Both the position numbers and the translations under genes were made by a program. A model generated the notes under the pieces. That model had not been told where the DNA came from and made no database searches. It saw nothing but the letters and a program-made list of their open reading frames with translations. A DNA stretch of 64,000 bases, from positions 14,942,001 to 15,006,000 of the forward strand of contig OZ059894.1 of the NCBI GenBank assembly GCA_964057225.1, in the 5' to 3' direction. Below, piece after piece: positions 39,774-53,157 of this stretch. Source of the stretch: Auanema rhodensis. Lineage: Eukaryota > Animalia > Nematoda. How positions within the stretch are numbered: the stretch's first letter is position 1; each line of letters starts with the position of its first letter.

Positions 39774-41000
39774 ATGACGTCGACTGATTGTATTGGAACA
39801 GAAACATTATCAAAAGAACCAATATCCGTTGACCATATTTGTAATGTGAATGTAAATAAATTAATTTCGGATGTTCAACATCTTGTCGTCCAGCTCAAAG
39901 AAAGTAATGAGGTAAGCTAATTATCGATTTGTAATCATTGTAAATGAATTTTAAACCTAGTTTGCCAGCACTATCAATGCAGCTACTACTGTGCGGGATA
40001 TTGTTCGACAAACTAATGAGGGTCACATGCTATTGGTAGATTTGTCATTATCAGTTTCCTACATTTCATTTTTTATTATAGAAAAGGCTTGATTCTTCTT
40101 CTGGATACAATTTCGAGTCAGTGGATATGGAGTCAAGGCCAAACTGCACTTATCACGTATACTTTTAATTTATTTCTACTTCAGAAAGATAGCATTTCAG
40201 TTACGAGAGTTGGATGCAGAAAATCGTCATTTGAGGAGCTTGTATGAGGACGGTCAATTAACTCTTCTGTTAGTGATGCAACAGCATCGTAAAGCTATTC
40301 TTCGCTTTTCCAAGAGTGATAGAGAACGGACATCTAGTAAAGCAACTAAAGAAATGTATGAAAAATTGGCAGATCAAGAAGTACGTTCTTTTGTGCTTTA
40401 AATTAATTTTCTTCTTTTCTAGACAAAAATGGCTTATAATAAATTTGCTGATGTTGCTGTGGGTATTAATGAAATAATGAAAAGTGAAGAAAACAGACGA
40501 AAACTAGCTCAAGAGGTAGGGCTTATACTATTTCGACTATATGCATGAATAACACAAATTTTATTTTAAGGAGATCGAAGATTTGATGATTAAAAACACT
40601 ATACTTCGAGAATTACTTAATTCGGAAGATCCTCGTAATATCGACATTGATGCTTTGATAGATAAAATGGAGAACAAGTACGTTATGTTTCATTTTACTT
40701 TATTATCTGATATGGCTACTTATTCGGGCATATATTAATTATTAATTTTAGTTTTTAAAAAAGTTTCTTTTTCTATTTTTGGATTTTTTTCTCATAACTT
40801 CGTAATTTGAAAGTGTACTCTTCAGAACCCCTGTCCCCACTCCTAATACATCAGTTGTGTATGTGGGTCCTGTACAAAAAGATGAAAAAGATGAAAAAGT
40901 AGAAGATGAAGAGATAGTAGAAGACCCTGATCATAACAAAAGTCAGCCGACATCTTCTACTACACCTGCTGAGTCATCGGAATTCGTGCCATCGTTTTAA
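39774..41000 (+). CDS. FGFR1OP2/SIKE1-family coiled-coil protein (STRIPAK-associated family)
   Basis: KLISDVQHLVVQLKE..LRELDAENRHLRSLYEDGQLTLLLVMQQHRK..EIEDLMIKNTILRELL parallels the SIKE-family pattern (IRELQQEN.ELR.SLEEHQ.ALELIM.KYR; ..LE.EN..LRE.L). About 7 exons; TTTTCAG 2 nt before the ATG; stop at 40998-41000. Confidence 0.75.
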
Positions 41001-41281
41001 ACATATCAATTTATATAATTACTTGCATGTACAAATGATTTATTACTTTCACTTATTATCCTTATAGTATTTCTCCTAGATTACGTGTGTGTAATTAATG
41101 ATTTAAAAATATTTTCGATCTCTCTAGCATGTTTAAACTTTATTCAGATATTATGATTACAATAAATGGAAATTAACGTACTGTTTCATAGAACACTCTT
41201 TATCCTTTTTTTGGGATTCATACGAGAGTTGTTTCCTTGAGATCTGTCAAGAGCAATGGTTTGATACTTCTCATTATAATT

Positions 41282-42873
41282 TTACATAAGATCCAAGGGT
41301 AACGATGTAGTTTTTTGTGACTTCCATGAGCTTCTTCTCTTCTTATTATGACAAGCCAGCCAGCGTGTTCTTATAAGATTGCGGAAGTGTTCCGAAGTTA
41401 AAAAAAACAATACGAAGTTCAAAACCTGAATAATCGAGGTTTTATATGAAAAACTTTCTATAAAACTAACCTTTCCCATAATCGCTAATGTATTTGAGAT
41501 AGCTTTTGCTGATGAAAATCTCAAATTAGTCTAAAATGATAGAATAAAGACTGAAGTTCACAATTTAACTTACTGGATCACTGACAAAGTTTTGTATTAT
41601 ATATAATATAGCACTTGGTACATTGAATACCACAAAACAAGTAATTATAGCACTAACTACTATGGTAACCTTAAGAAATCATCTTCAGTTCATTCAATCT
41701 CATTGAAGTTTTACCTTTCTTTCAACTTGGGCTCTGTTTCTCACTAAAGCTTGCTGATGAGTTTGCGAATCATCAAGTGCGGACCAGTTTCTAAAGAAAC
41801 AGTATTTAGTTAAAAGAAGATTAATTTTTTTCTAAGAAAAGCAATTTTTTATTTTTGAGGAAGAAACCTGTTATTTGTCCGTAGAGCTTGAACCAAATGC
41901 CAATTAGAGCAAGTGCATATGACAAGAGGACCGTAGACTACTAACACTGTGTTGACGTACTGAAAAAAAATTTTTTTTTATAAAAGTGAACGTAGATCAT
42001 ACCGTAAGAATTTGAATAATATGCATATGTGTTCTAGGTATAACATGATAAACTATAAAGAAATTATAAATTAAAATGAAAGAATAGAATTAATTCTTAC
42101 GAGAAAGTATAAAAGCTAGAATCCATATAACAGCAAGAGATAGTAAAAATCTCAGGGAAACATGTCGATTTGAGGATCTGAAAGGGCTTCGAATAACTTG
42201 AACCCTTTCTAATGTTGCATACGTCATTAACCTAAATATTAAAAGTTATAAAATATATTTATTATCAATAATACCATATAGATGTTGTACTGAACCAATT
42301 GAGCATGAAATTGAAATGAGATCTATGTTGACGCGTCCATTCATTATTTCGAAGGATCCCCTGAATTATAATATTAATTGGCATCAACTTTCATGTATTT
42401 TTCTTGATTTTTAATAAAATTTTTAAAACAAATATAGATTTTAAGTTTCTTTTTTGCATGGGAAAAGATACAGAAGAATGGGAACTTACCGTAAAAAAGA
42501 GAACAACATATGACTGAAGTAATAAAAATGTTAAGTCTGATAAAGCCATAGCAGCAAAAATCTAAAAAAAAAAAAAAACAATTTCTAATTATACAATTAG
42601 TTGATTTCACTTACTATATTAGTTTTTGACCTCATAGCTTTATTTAATAACACAATCAAGTTTAAAATATTTCCACCAGCACCAAATAGTATTTGAGGAA
42701 TTAATACCCATGTTGATAAAATATACATTAACTATAGAATTGAAATATAAGATAATGTTGTTGTAAGAAATGGAAGAACAAACCTTATGATCGGCAGTAA
42801 CAGTAGCCAAAGTCATATTCAACACAGAAACTGTAGTAGCTTCTACCATGTCTAAAGATTTGAAAGCTGACAT
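41282..42873 (-). CDS. Class A (rhodopsin-like) peptide-type GPCR, FMRFamide-receptor/FRPR-like
   Basis: TM1 GAGGNILNLIVL; TM2 AMALSDLTFL; TM3 SIWLMTYATLERVQVIRSPF; TM4 AVIWILAFILS; TM5 VYGPLVICTCSNWHLVQAL; ERKVT..TM6 CFVVFNVPSAI; TM7 LNFVLFFLTSEHFR. Confidence 0.88.
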
Positions 42874-43195
42874 AGCATATAAAGTATATTACAAGACTTA
42901 TAGAAGAGGTTATCACAATTAAAATTCAAGAATATTTAGAATAAGAAGTTTATGATTTATAAGAATAATCAGTATAAACTAATTAAATGGCAATTAAATT
43001 GTTGTTTGGTGATGTACTTTACTGAATTCATCAACTACTTCAAAGAAAATGCCAGGGTGAATAAGTAAATGAGAGGAAAGCAGCCAACAACATCAATTGA
43101 TAAAGAGTCTGTATGTATGTGTGTCTGTGCATATGTATGTTAGAGAGAAAGAAAGAGAGAGAGAAGTGAAGGCTTACAAAGAAAAACAGAGAGAA

Positions 43196-43202
<7 letters not shown>

Positions 43203-43234
<32 letters not shown>
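43203..43234. repeat. (GA)n microsatellite
   Basis: Directly visible. Confidence 0.9.
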
Positions 43235-43237
<3 letters not shown>

Positions 43238-46200
43238 CGGTATAAAAAGTAAGAATTATAGCTGAACGTTATAAAAACGAGTGAGAAAAATTAAAAAAAA
43301 AGTGAGAATGAGAGATTGAATAAAATTCTATAATTTCATAAATAATAATATTATAGCTAGCTTAAAACATCTGGAGTATAGAAACAAAGAGAAAAAATTG
43401 TTATTGGCATCAAGCTTGAAACATTAGTTGAAAAGTTGGCAAAGTTTATAGTATTGACTAGGCTATAATGGATATAAATGATAAATATTTTTCAACAAAA
43501 CAAAGAAACAACAAAACAATATTACTGTTAGATCTATGTATATATCTCATTATCCTATTTTAATTGTATTGATATTAAATTTGTAACAAACATAACAAAG
43601 AGTACATTCTAAATTAAAATTTTATTGTGTCAAATAGATTCAGAAACAGCTGACTTGAAACTTTTTATAACCTTTTTAGAACAATTTTCATTGAAAAGAG
43701 CTTTTTTTTAAGTTTTAAGTTCTAATGTTTGTGAATTGAAAATATTCGAATCAGCTCTTATATCTTTCATTGTCTGTATTTGACAGGAGTAAAATATTCG
43801 AAAAGAGATCGATCTCCAATTATTCAAAGAAATTATACATCTGGAATGGACATAAGAAGGCTTCGGAAGAAATTTCTGAGAAATACTTCATCAAAGAAAA
43901 AAAAAGAAAAAAGTTTCATACATATTTCTTGGCTTCATTGAAATTGGTATCCACGAAAGGTGAGAACACACATACTATGTCATAATTATGTTGGAAACAA
44001 CTTTGGATATACATATACATCCATGTATACATATATTAAAATTCAATTGAAAATTCAAAAAAACCAAATATAAACAAATAAAAAAAACAAAACTCAAGAC
44101 CAGTTCATAGTCTATGAGCTGAATAGTTCAGTCAATGAACTTTGAAAACTAAAAATTATTTATTAGCTAAAGATTGGAAAGTGTTCGTTTGGAAAGCAGT
44201 ATTAATGTGGACAAAATTCGTCATAAAAATGAAAAAATTCAAAATTGTTCACAGTTCACGAATTGTTTTTGTGCAGCATGACGTAGAAAAGAAGAGAAGT
44301 CAAGAAAGCTAAAAGAGAAAGAAGAGAGAGACAGTAGAAAGGAATTTTAAAAAAGTTTATTCTCATCCTATAAGTACATTTTTTCAGAATTAAAATAACA
44401 ATAACCAAAATGATTAAAATGAAATTTGCAGGAAAAAAATGAATATTAAAAAGCGGGAAAAAGTGAATATTTTACATGAAAAATCATAGAAAATCTACAT
44501 GTTATATATTTTAATATCTAATTTAGCATTCAAGCACACTGGCGTCCTTCTACTGATGTAATGAAAAATTGAGAGACACCTGCTCTGTTGTAACTGAAAA
44601 CGTTAATTTTCACGTATATCTAGCATGGAACTATAACTCAGAGTTCAAGATATAATATGTGTAGACAATATTCTTTGAATAAGATCGAATAGTAGAAGAA
44701 CTGAACATATTGGCACATGGGCACATATATATGAATACTAGCATTTGCTAAAGGAGAGCCTTCTTTTGATGAGCTTCTGTTAAAATGATTGAGCATAATA
44801 TACTCCCACACTTGGAATTTGACGTAATATTATAACATGCAAACATTTTTTGTATACTTCTATCAACAATTTATTAGATTTTGATCCAAATATGAGCTAT
44901 ACGCTGTAACATGCTCTGAAGCACTGCAGCTTGGAAGTCTTCTTACAAGCGTCATGATGCCCAAAATAAAAAAGGGAATATGAAACATGTGAGAAAAAAT
45001 GACAGAGAATTAGGGAAAAAAGTGAATACAATGGAGATAAAAACAGAAAAAAAACCAATGAGAATGAGACTGACGTATGTGATAATTGAACTGAAAATGT
45101 CTCATCAAGGCAAATTGATCGAGTTGCAAGCTGTCGTTAAATTGAAAATAAGGTATAATGATTATTGAAGAAACCGTTGAAAAGTGATTTATCTGTTCTA
45201 AAGAAGAAGATGAAGATTGTTGATATGGCTGCAACAATGGAACAGCCTAACAGAATGTCTGTATAGTAATTAAGCTCAATGAGTAAAATTATCAAATGAA
45301 TACTAAATGGTATATACATATATAGATATTTATATATTTATATAATACATAATAATAAGAAAATGAGAATAAAGGTGAATGAATTATAATAAACATTTAC
45401 TCGAAATGTCAAGTGATTTTCCAAATGTAACATGAAATCTCAATCTAAAATGGATAGATAGATAGATAGATGTACATATACATACATAGTATATGTATGT
45501 ATATATACATATAGTATATAGTATATATAGAATTATGATAAAGTAACACAAGATGAAGAAGAAAATAATCATTGTTATTAGAAATTGTGATTGTATGCTT
45601 AGTACACTTTAGATTATTTAGTTTTAAAAAGAATATATTACTCAATAAAAACGTTTAAATATGTGCTTTCAAAATATTTAATTATACATAGATATCTAAA
45701 GATTATATAAAATTATTTTGTTTTTATATATTTATGTACATGCTTATATACATGTATATGTTTTGATACTTTTTCAACAAAATAATACAATGATATGTAG
45801 AGAGATCAAACAATTATAGGAAAAAAAGCAAAATTATCATTGGAATGTATGAATATAAGATGTTGTTTCCGCTAAATCTTAGATGAGACCTCCCTCAAAA
45901 CTGGGCAAAACAAAAAATTTCTCAGGTAAGATTATTAATTCATTCTTGCAGAAAAGAATCCATGCAGCACATAAATACGTATATAACAATCTTCTGAAAA
46001 TCTTTAACCAACTTTTTTAGGAAAAGTTGCTGAATCAATTTCTGTTCAAGAGATTTGTTATGTAAATTACTCGAATGACTATGTTGATATTCAGCTGAGG
46101 ATAGCATGGTCGAGATAGATAGCTTTCTTAGAGTTTATTCAAACTAGAAAGATCAAATGAAGAGCAAACGTGGGAGTTACTTGAGATAAAGAGAGAGGGG

Positions 46201-49200
46201 AAGTGAAAGAGAGTAGTAGTAAGAGAAGAATCCTGAGATAGAAATGAGTACATGGAGAGATAAATAGATAGATACATTGACGAAAGTGGTGTAAGTATAT
46301 GTAAGTCAAAAGATTATTAAAGAGACTGAGAAGACGACGATGAAGAAGAAAAGAGGAGCATTGCTCAATTCTCTTCGTGTCAGTACCTATGGAATAGATT
46401 TTAGATAAAGGCAAAAATGACTCTCATAGAGAATTAGATTGAAAAGGAAGTGAGAAGAAAAGAGAAGAGACGCTCTTGCTTAATTCTCTTTCTGAATATT
46501 CAGACTAATAAAGGGATGTCATGAGACAGCAATATTAGAATTTTGAATTAAGTTTCGAACCTCTGTGTGACCAAGTGGAATAATATAAAAAAAAGAAATA
46601 TTAAGTCTTTATAACTGAAATGAGTAAGATGAGGGAGAGGTAAAAAGTGCTGGCGGCCTTTAATTGAAAAAAAGGCGTGACTAATAACAGAAAATATGAA
46701 AAAAAGCAGTAAACAAAGCAAAATTTTATAAATGTATGCATAACTATGATTTATAGCTTTAACAAAAAAAGCTGTGATTACATCAGAAAAAACACATAAA
46801 TATACTATTTTGAATTGTAATCGTAAAGAATTTTTTCATTAATTTTTCATAGGCAAAATGTCCGAGACAATCAGAATCATCAGTGTTTTTGGAATGGAAA
46901 AGAAAAAAATTTCAATAGGAGATTTAATTACGCTGCAAATGAAAATTAGATCAAATGTGAACTGTCTAAGCCGTAATTTCATTATTCATACAAAATTTTC
47001 GGGTGGGACTAATGTAATGAGCACAACAATTATTTAGGAAATGTACAAGCTTTAGATTTTCACCGAGCAATATGGGTCGAAAAGCTCAACGGATGATTAG
47101 CCGAGACACTTATTCAAGAACAGAATAGCTATAATGCAATTTATAGTCATGAGACAAACGATTATTAGTGTGTTGAAACTAATTTAAATTGATAGTGAAA
47201 TGGTTCACGTGCGTGAACTTGTAGAGCGAACGCCTTTCATTGCATCTTATGCATATGTGTGAAGCGGTTGCATTATCTCAATTCATATATTTTATTATAG
47301 TTTAGCTATTTATATACAAAAATAATAATGAATTATATAGAGAAGCATACAAAAATGACAACAATCAATCATTTTTTATATTCTGAAAGAACGCAACAAG
47401 TGAATGCATCAAAAATGATAATTCTAGAATGTTCTGTAAAATTTGTATAGTAAATCGTATTATTAGAAAACAACAAATTGCTGAGGAATACTACTTATTC
47501 ATTATATTCTTCAAAGTACTCTCAATTACAAGAACATTGAATTGTAAATCAACAGAATGTTACTTGAAAGTATGTAAATTGATGAAAAGAATGGATTGAT
47601 AAATTGAAAATGCTTTAATATTATTTCAAATATTCTATATTAATATTATAAAGAAATTAAAGCAAATGTGCATGATTTTTTCTAGGAATTGATAAAGAAC
47701 ACTTTTCATACAAACATCTGGTGGTGTTTAATTCAGAAGTTGAATAAATCTCTCTGAACTTCAAATAGTTTCTGATCGTTTCGGAATAATTGTTCTTCTC
47801 TTTTTTCGTCCAATCACAATGACTGTGCTCATTCTCACCTAATTATGGCTACCGTAACATTTGAAATTACATTGATTTCGCAGATGATGCTTCAAATGTC
47901 ACGGAATATTTGGTCAGAAATCTAGCTGGCGGATGCAGAATCTTCTGAATAAACTCAAAGAAAACGAAGTGACATAAATTTTTATTATCAATATGATTTT
48001 GATATTATTAACCAAATGAAAAAATAAGTTTGCTATTAATTGATTCGAATCTGACTAAGCATGATTATCGGTTTCATTCTTGTAGGCAATTTCGGATCAA
48101 TTGAAGTTTCCGTCAGAGTTTACGTTTATATTTATCTTCGAAAATAACCATGAAATGAAAAATTTCCCAGAAAAGATTTTATATAATTTTGGCTGCTTTT
48201 CTTACTCATTTCGAAAGAAAAACTCTCTTCTGGTTCTAATGATTGGTCCATGGAAAGCGTGAACTACCAAACTTCAACTAACTTCAGGATCATCATATGA
48301 AATGCGTGAAAGATAAATATGAAATGAATGAAAATAGAGAAGAAGAAAGCATATTAAAACTTGAACTTGATTAGAGGTCAAGCTTATTCTTCAATCATAT
48401 GACGTAAAAGGGATATGTTATAATAGCAATAACAAACATACTTACTATAACATGAGAAAAAACTGCCAAACCAGGGAAAAGGTATTTTCATGTAAACTAG
48501 GTTGTATGAGAAGAATTTCCAAACGTTTTGATAGTATGTATCTATGGAAAAGTTGGTCTATCAAAACTTGCAAATATCAAAAAGGATTCTCTTAGAATAT
48601 GAGGAAGAAGCCAGATTTATTTTAATCAAGGAAAGGCTTAATACAAGATTAATTTGCGGATGAAATTTTACTGTGGTAGTTTTAACTATGAATGTTCCTA
48701 ATACAATTGTATTATAAAGAAAACACCATGAAATACTAAAAATATAAAGAAATTATTCTTATTTAAGTTATAAATAATCTTTGAATTTACTTCGGGAATA
48801 TGAGCCAAAAAAATAAAATAAGAAAATTGGGCAGAGCTTGGGAATTATTTAAAATAGAATTGAATGATTGGAAGTAATAATCATAGGGCGAAAATGACAT
48901 AGATATGTATATATAATATATACAAATATCTATATATATATATAAAGAGAAAGAAAATAGAAAAAAGAGAGAATAATTGAAATTTCTAAATGCAACCATA
49001 TAATTAGAAAAAAACTATATGAATGGATATTTACCCGACGTGATGCACCACGTGGATGGAAGATATATTATGTTAATGAGCATCAGAGAAACATCATATA
49101 GATCTCTGGCATATTGTCTTGCGAAGAATATCTGAATCAGCTTAAACTTAAAGCTTAACTTATTTAAAATAAAAATTAAATATTAATTGTATCACCAAAC

Positions 49201-50618
49201 ATATCTTTAGTCTGGGTTTTAATGTTGACTACCTAATATGTATATTTCTTGGTAAGTAAAACAATATGGAGGAAAAACATTTATATATTGAGAATTACAG
49301 TTCAAAAAGATAAAGCTAGCATTATGTAAAATGATAAAAAGTTTGAAATATAATATATATATATATATATGGTCTATAGAAGATAATAATAATGATAATT
49401 TCTAAACTTTTATTGAAATATCATCAGCATAGTTATACTAATAACTGAATATATTTCAATCATAACATTCTTAAGAAACATAAGCCCTCATCAAAAATGT
49501 AAATATTATTTTAACAACATTGTATAAATTGATAACACAGTTTAACGGATTTGATTTCTGAGCTATGAAAGCTTTGAACTTTTATTTTATTTTATAATAA
49601 AGAAAATTCTTTCATTTCCCCAGAAAATTCTCCAAATATGTTATCTATTGATGATTTGATGGATAATAATCGATGATACTCTTTCAGTTACCAAAACTAT
49701 TGTTCTAAGATTTTGGTATAATTGAGTTACAAAAAAAACAAAATATCTATCGAACACCTAGACTCGAAATAAATATTAATTTTTGATTTTCCATGACTTC
49801 AAACTGAGAAATCACGCGTTTTTCTAATTAATTGTGAAGATTTCATTACAAACTTCAGACTTCTTAGTAAATCTATTGTTAAAATTTCATTAATTTCATT
49901 TAATATTTGATTGTTCTTATATAGCTGAGCCAAAGGAAGTCAGCGATAAATCATCTTTTAAAAACTTTCAGACATGCCACTGAAATGTGATTTCGCACCA
50001 AACAATTATATTATATTATTATAAATTCCATGAATATAATACTGGATTATGTTAGGGAATTTACTTATTATAAAACTGGGGAAACAATAAATATTAAAAA
50101 TAAAATAAAAGAAACACGAAAAGAAAGTTTTTTAACAAAAGCAAAAAGTTGAGAAAATAAGTAAAAAAGAGATTGTAGAAGAGATAATGGACAAGATGTT
50201 TATGACAGAGTATCATCTCTATCATCTACACCATTGTGATGAGAAAGCAAAGCACAGTTTACTGATTAAAGATATCACATTATTAGAAAATGAAAGATGA
50301 AAAACTACATAATTGCTAATAAAGACTGTTGCATTTCAAAGGAATTTCAATAGAAACTCAAGTTTCAATTGAAATTATAAAGATATAGACATGTGAGAAC
50401 AGATATGTATCAAAAAAAACAACAAAATACAGAAACAAAAGAGAGAAGTTGATTGAGAAAAACAAAAAAAGGAAATATATTTAGACGATAAGAATTAATA
50501 CTTTGAAAAGAAAGAAAATGTATGAAAACTAACTCATTATCATCATCATATATTCTGATTATTAATATCGTTGACAAAAAAAATATATATAAAGCTTGAA
50601 ATTGAAAACTTCATAGTT

Positions 50619-50731
50619 TTATTCGGCTTTAAGTACATATAAGAACGGATTCAGTTGTTCAGGGCGTTTGGCTGGAACCCAGTTGATTTCTGAAACGAAT
50701 AGATATAGATTTGAGGACAAAAAGGAAGATT

Positions 50732-50824
<93 letters not shown>

Positions 50825-51242
50825 GGTATATATTCATAATTCTATATATACATAGATATATATAATACGAAAAAACAAACAATTGCTCTAATAATAAAAA
50901 AATATATTAATAAGTCTTGCTGTCTTCATCATAGGGTCGACTAATTCAGTTTTGAAATATTTATATAGTAATATGCTCAAGAAAAAAATTAATATTTTTA
51001 ATATATGTATAATAATACAGATTATTTTAATTAAATTTATGCATTAATTTGTGTTTTAAAAGTCATCTGAATGATATAAATAGCAAATAGACTTATATTA
51101 AGTATTATATAATGTGAGAAGATTCATTCTCATGAATTTCATATAAACAATGAATTGCGTATTATTTCCAATTATTCAAAGGAACAGTTATAGCATCTAA
51201 AAGAAATGAAACCGGGTAATGACGTAATATGAAAGTAAGAGT

Positions 51243-51294
<52 letters not shown>

Positions 51295-53157
51295 TGGTGG
51301 GGGATTGAAGAGAAAAATGGAAGAGAGAGTAAGGTTTAAAAGGTGAAGATAAAAGATGATAAATTATTTATTAGAAATAGTTTGAAAACGTTTCAGCTCA
51401 ATTAAAACAAAAACAAGTTTTTAAAAACTTCCATCGAATTTACTTATATGGAAAAAAATTATTTGTTTGATATTGTTGAACATTGAATTTATTCCAGGAA
51501 AAAAGTAAAATTAAAAAAAAAAGATTAACATGGAACAACAATCCTTCTTTCCTTCAATTAATTCAATTAATCTTTTTAATTTTTGTTTTATTATTAGAGT
51601 TACATGCATATCTAATTGATGTTCAATCTTTCAAGATATATAAAAAGAAGTTTCACAATAATGTTTTTTGTAAATAATAGAAATATTCGTGAATATTCTT
51701 TGATTTTTATGAATAGTTTGATGTGAAAATAGTGAAAAGAGTTGTTAATGTCTCGATTACAGCTTCACAATATCCATAAAAGAAAGAGATTTTTCATTAA
51801 AAAAAACAAAATTAGCTATGCAACTTTCTATTAATGTTTTGACGAGAAGTTTGGAATATGTAAAACCTTACTGTTGCAAAAATTTTGAAGACTAATAACT
51901 TTTTTGATTAAAAGAACGAAATATAACAAACCTTTAACTATACATGATTCCCATTCATTCTGAGTTAACTTCTTATTTCCATCATTATCACATGTTTTAA
52001 ATAAACTTCGACTGCATGTTCGAAATCGTTTCCATTGAAGCAATAGAACCTTGTAAGGTCGCCATTCAGATCTTTCTAATACCTCAAATTATTTATTTTT
52101 TATAAATATTATAAATTATATTTAAAAACTAACTTTATTTTTATTCTTATCTAATCGATTAAATTTCCAAATCAAGGCTGCATCCCGATCTATTTTATTG
52201 CTTGTCACATTTCCTAAATGTCATTTTTTTTTTCAAAAAAAAAAGAAAGAAAATAAAAATTATCCAAGCTTTTTAAATTGAATAGGTCTATTCGACTTCA
52301 GAAAGATCAATGAACATTTCTCGAATTTATTTCATAGAAAATAAATTTTACCGCAACAATTAAATTTTTCTAAGAAGCATGATCTTATGCTTGAAAATAT
52401 AATTATTTGAATTATGAAAAGTTTTTTTTAGCTTTTTTATGTCAAATATACCTGCCATTATAAGTTCTGTTTCTAACGAGGAGACTAAGCGACGAAGAAA
52501 CCTTAATCGTCGATGAGCCGCACACCCTAAACATTTATCCATTTACTTTAACAACTTTCATAAACTCCATTGAAACGAACTTTGCTTTGGTTTGCGTTTA
52601 ATAGGCTTTTCCTCTGGGCATCTCGGCTTATCAATAAGTGACGTTGTACCTAAAATTGGAAAAGTAATAAAACAAGCTGATTTAAAAACAATAAAAAACC
52701 TGGAATTGGCTCGCCACTGTTACTATGAACACACCAACAGTATTGTGTCTGTTCATGGCACTGCACTTGTTGGTAAAGTCTCAAAAAGGTATGCATCGAT
52801 AAGTAAAGACTTCATGGGGGAAAAACGTACGAGCTGTTTTTAGAAGAACAAGCTGGTATGTAAACTATAAGATCTCCGGCTGCCCGTCGTGATAAGCTCT
52901 TTTGACGCTGGGAGAAACAATCCAATTGAATTAAATTTGACTGAGTAGGTGAAGTTGTAGTGGCTTCATTGTTAGGTAAAACTAATTTTGCTATAATAAG
53001 AAGTATCGTGATATTTCTCCAGTACAATGAATTTGAAGACAATACCTAGTTTAGAATCTTGACTAGATATAGAAAGAATAGAATATTCATCCAATGGAGA
53101 TCCGAAAACACGGGTAAGCACAACAAATAGATAGGAGTACAGTATCAATAAATGCAT
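50619..53157 (-). CDS. smoc-1: SMOC-1 (secreted modular calcium-binding protein: thyroglobulin type-1 plus SPARC EC domain)
   Basis: Signal peptide; TY domain DC..YIPAC..QVQCHEQTQYCWCVHSNSGEPIPG; EC domain WKFNRLDKNKNKVLERSEW..CSRSLFKTCDNDGNKKLTQNEWESC. The distant last exon (50689-50619) PAKRPEQLNPFLYVLKAE resembles the nematode SMOC-1 C-terminus. Confidence 0.92.
50732..50820. repeat. Compound (TC)n-(TA)n-(TC)19 microsatellite in the smoc-1 last intron
   Basis: Directly visible. Confidence 0.95.
51249..51286. repeat. (AG)19 microsatellite in the smoc-1 last intron
   Basis: Directly visible. Confidence 0.95.

Noticed and set aside
37915-45860. Seed-like matches to miR-71 (TGAAAGACAT, ~37915) and miR-1 (TGGAATGTA, 45841)
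   Set aside because: The 3' halves diverge and no complementary star arm or hairpin is present.
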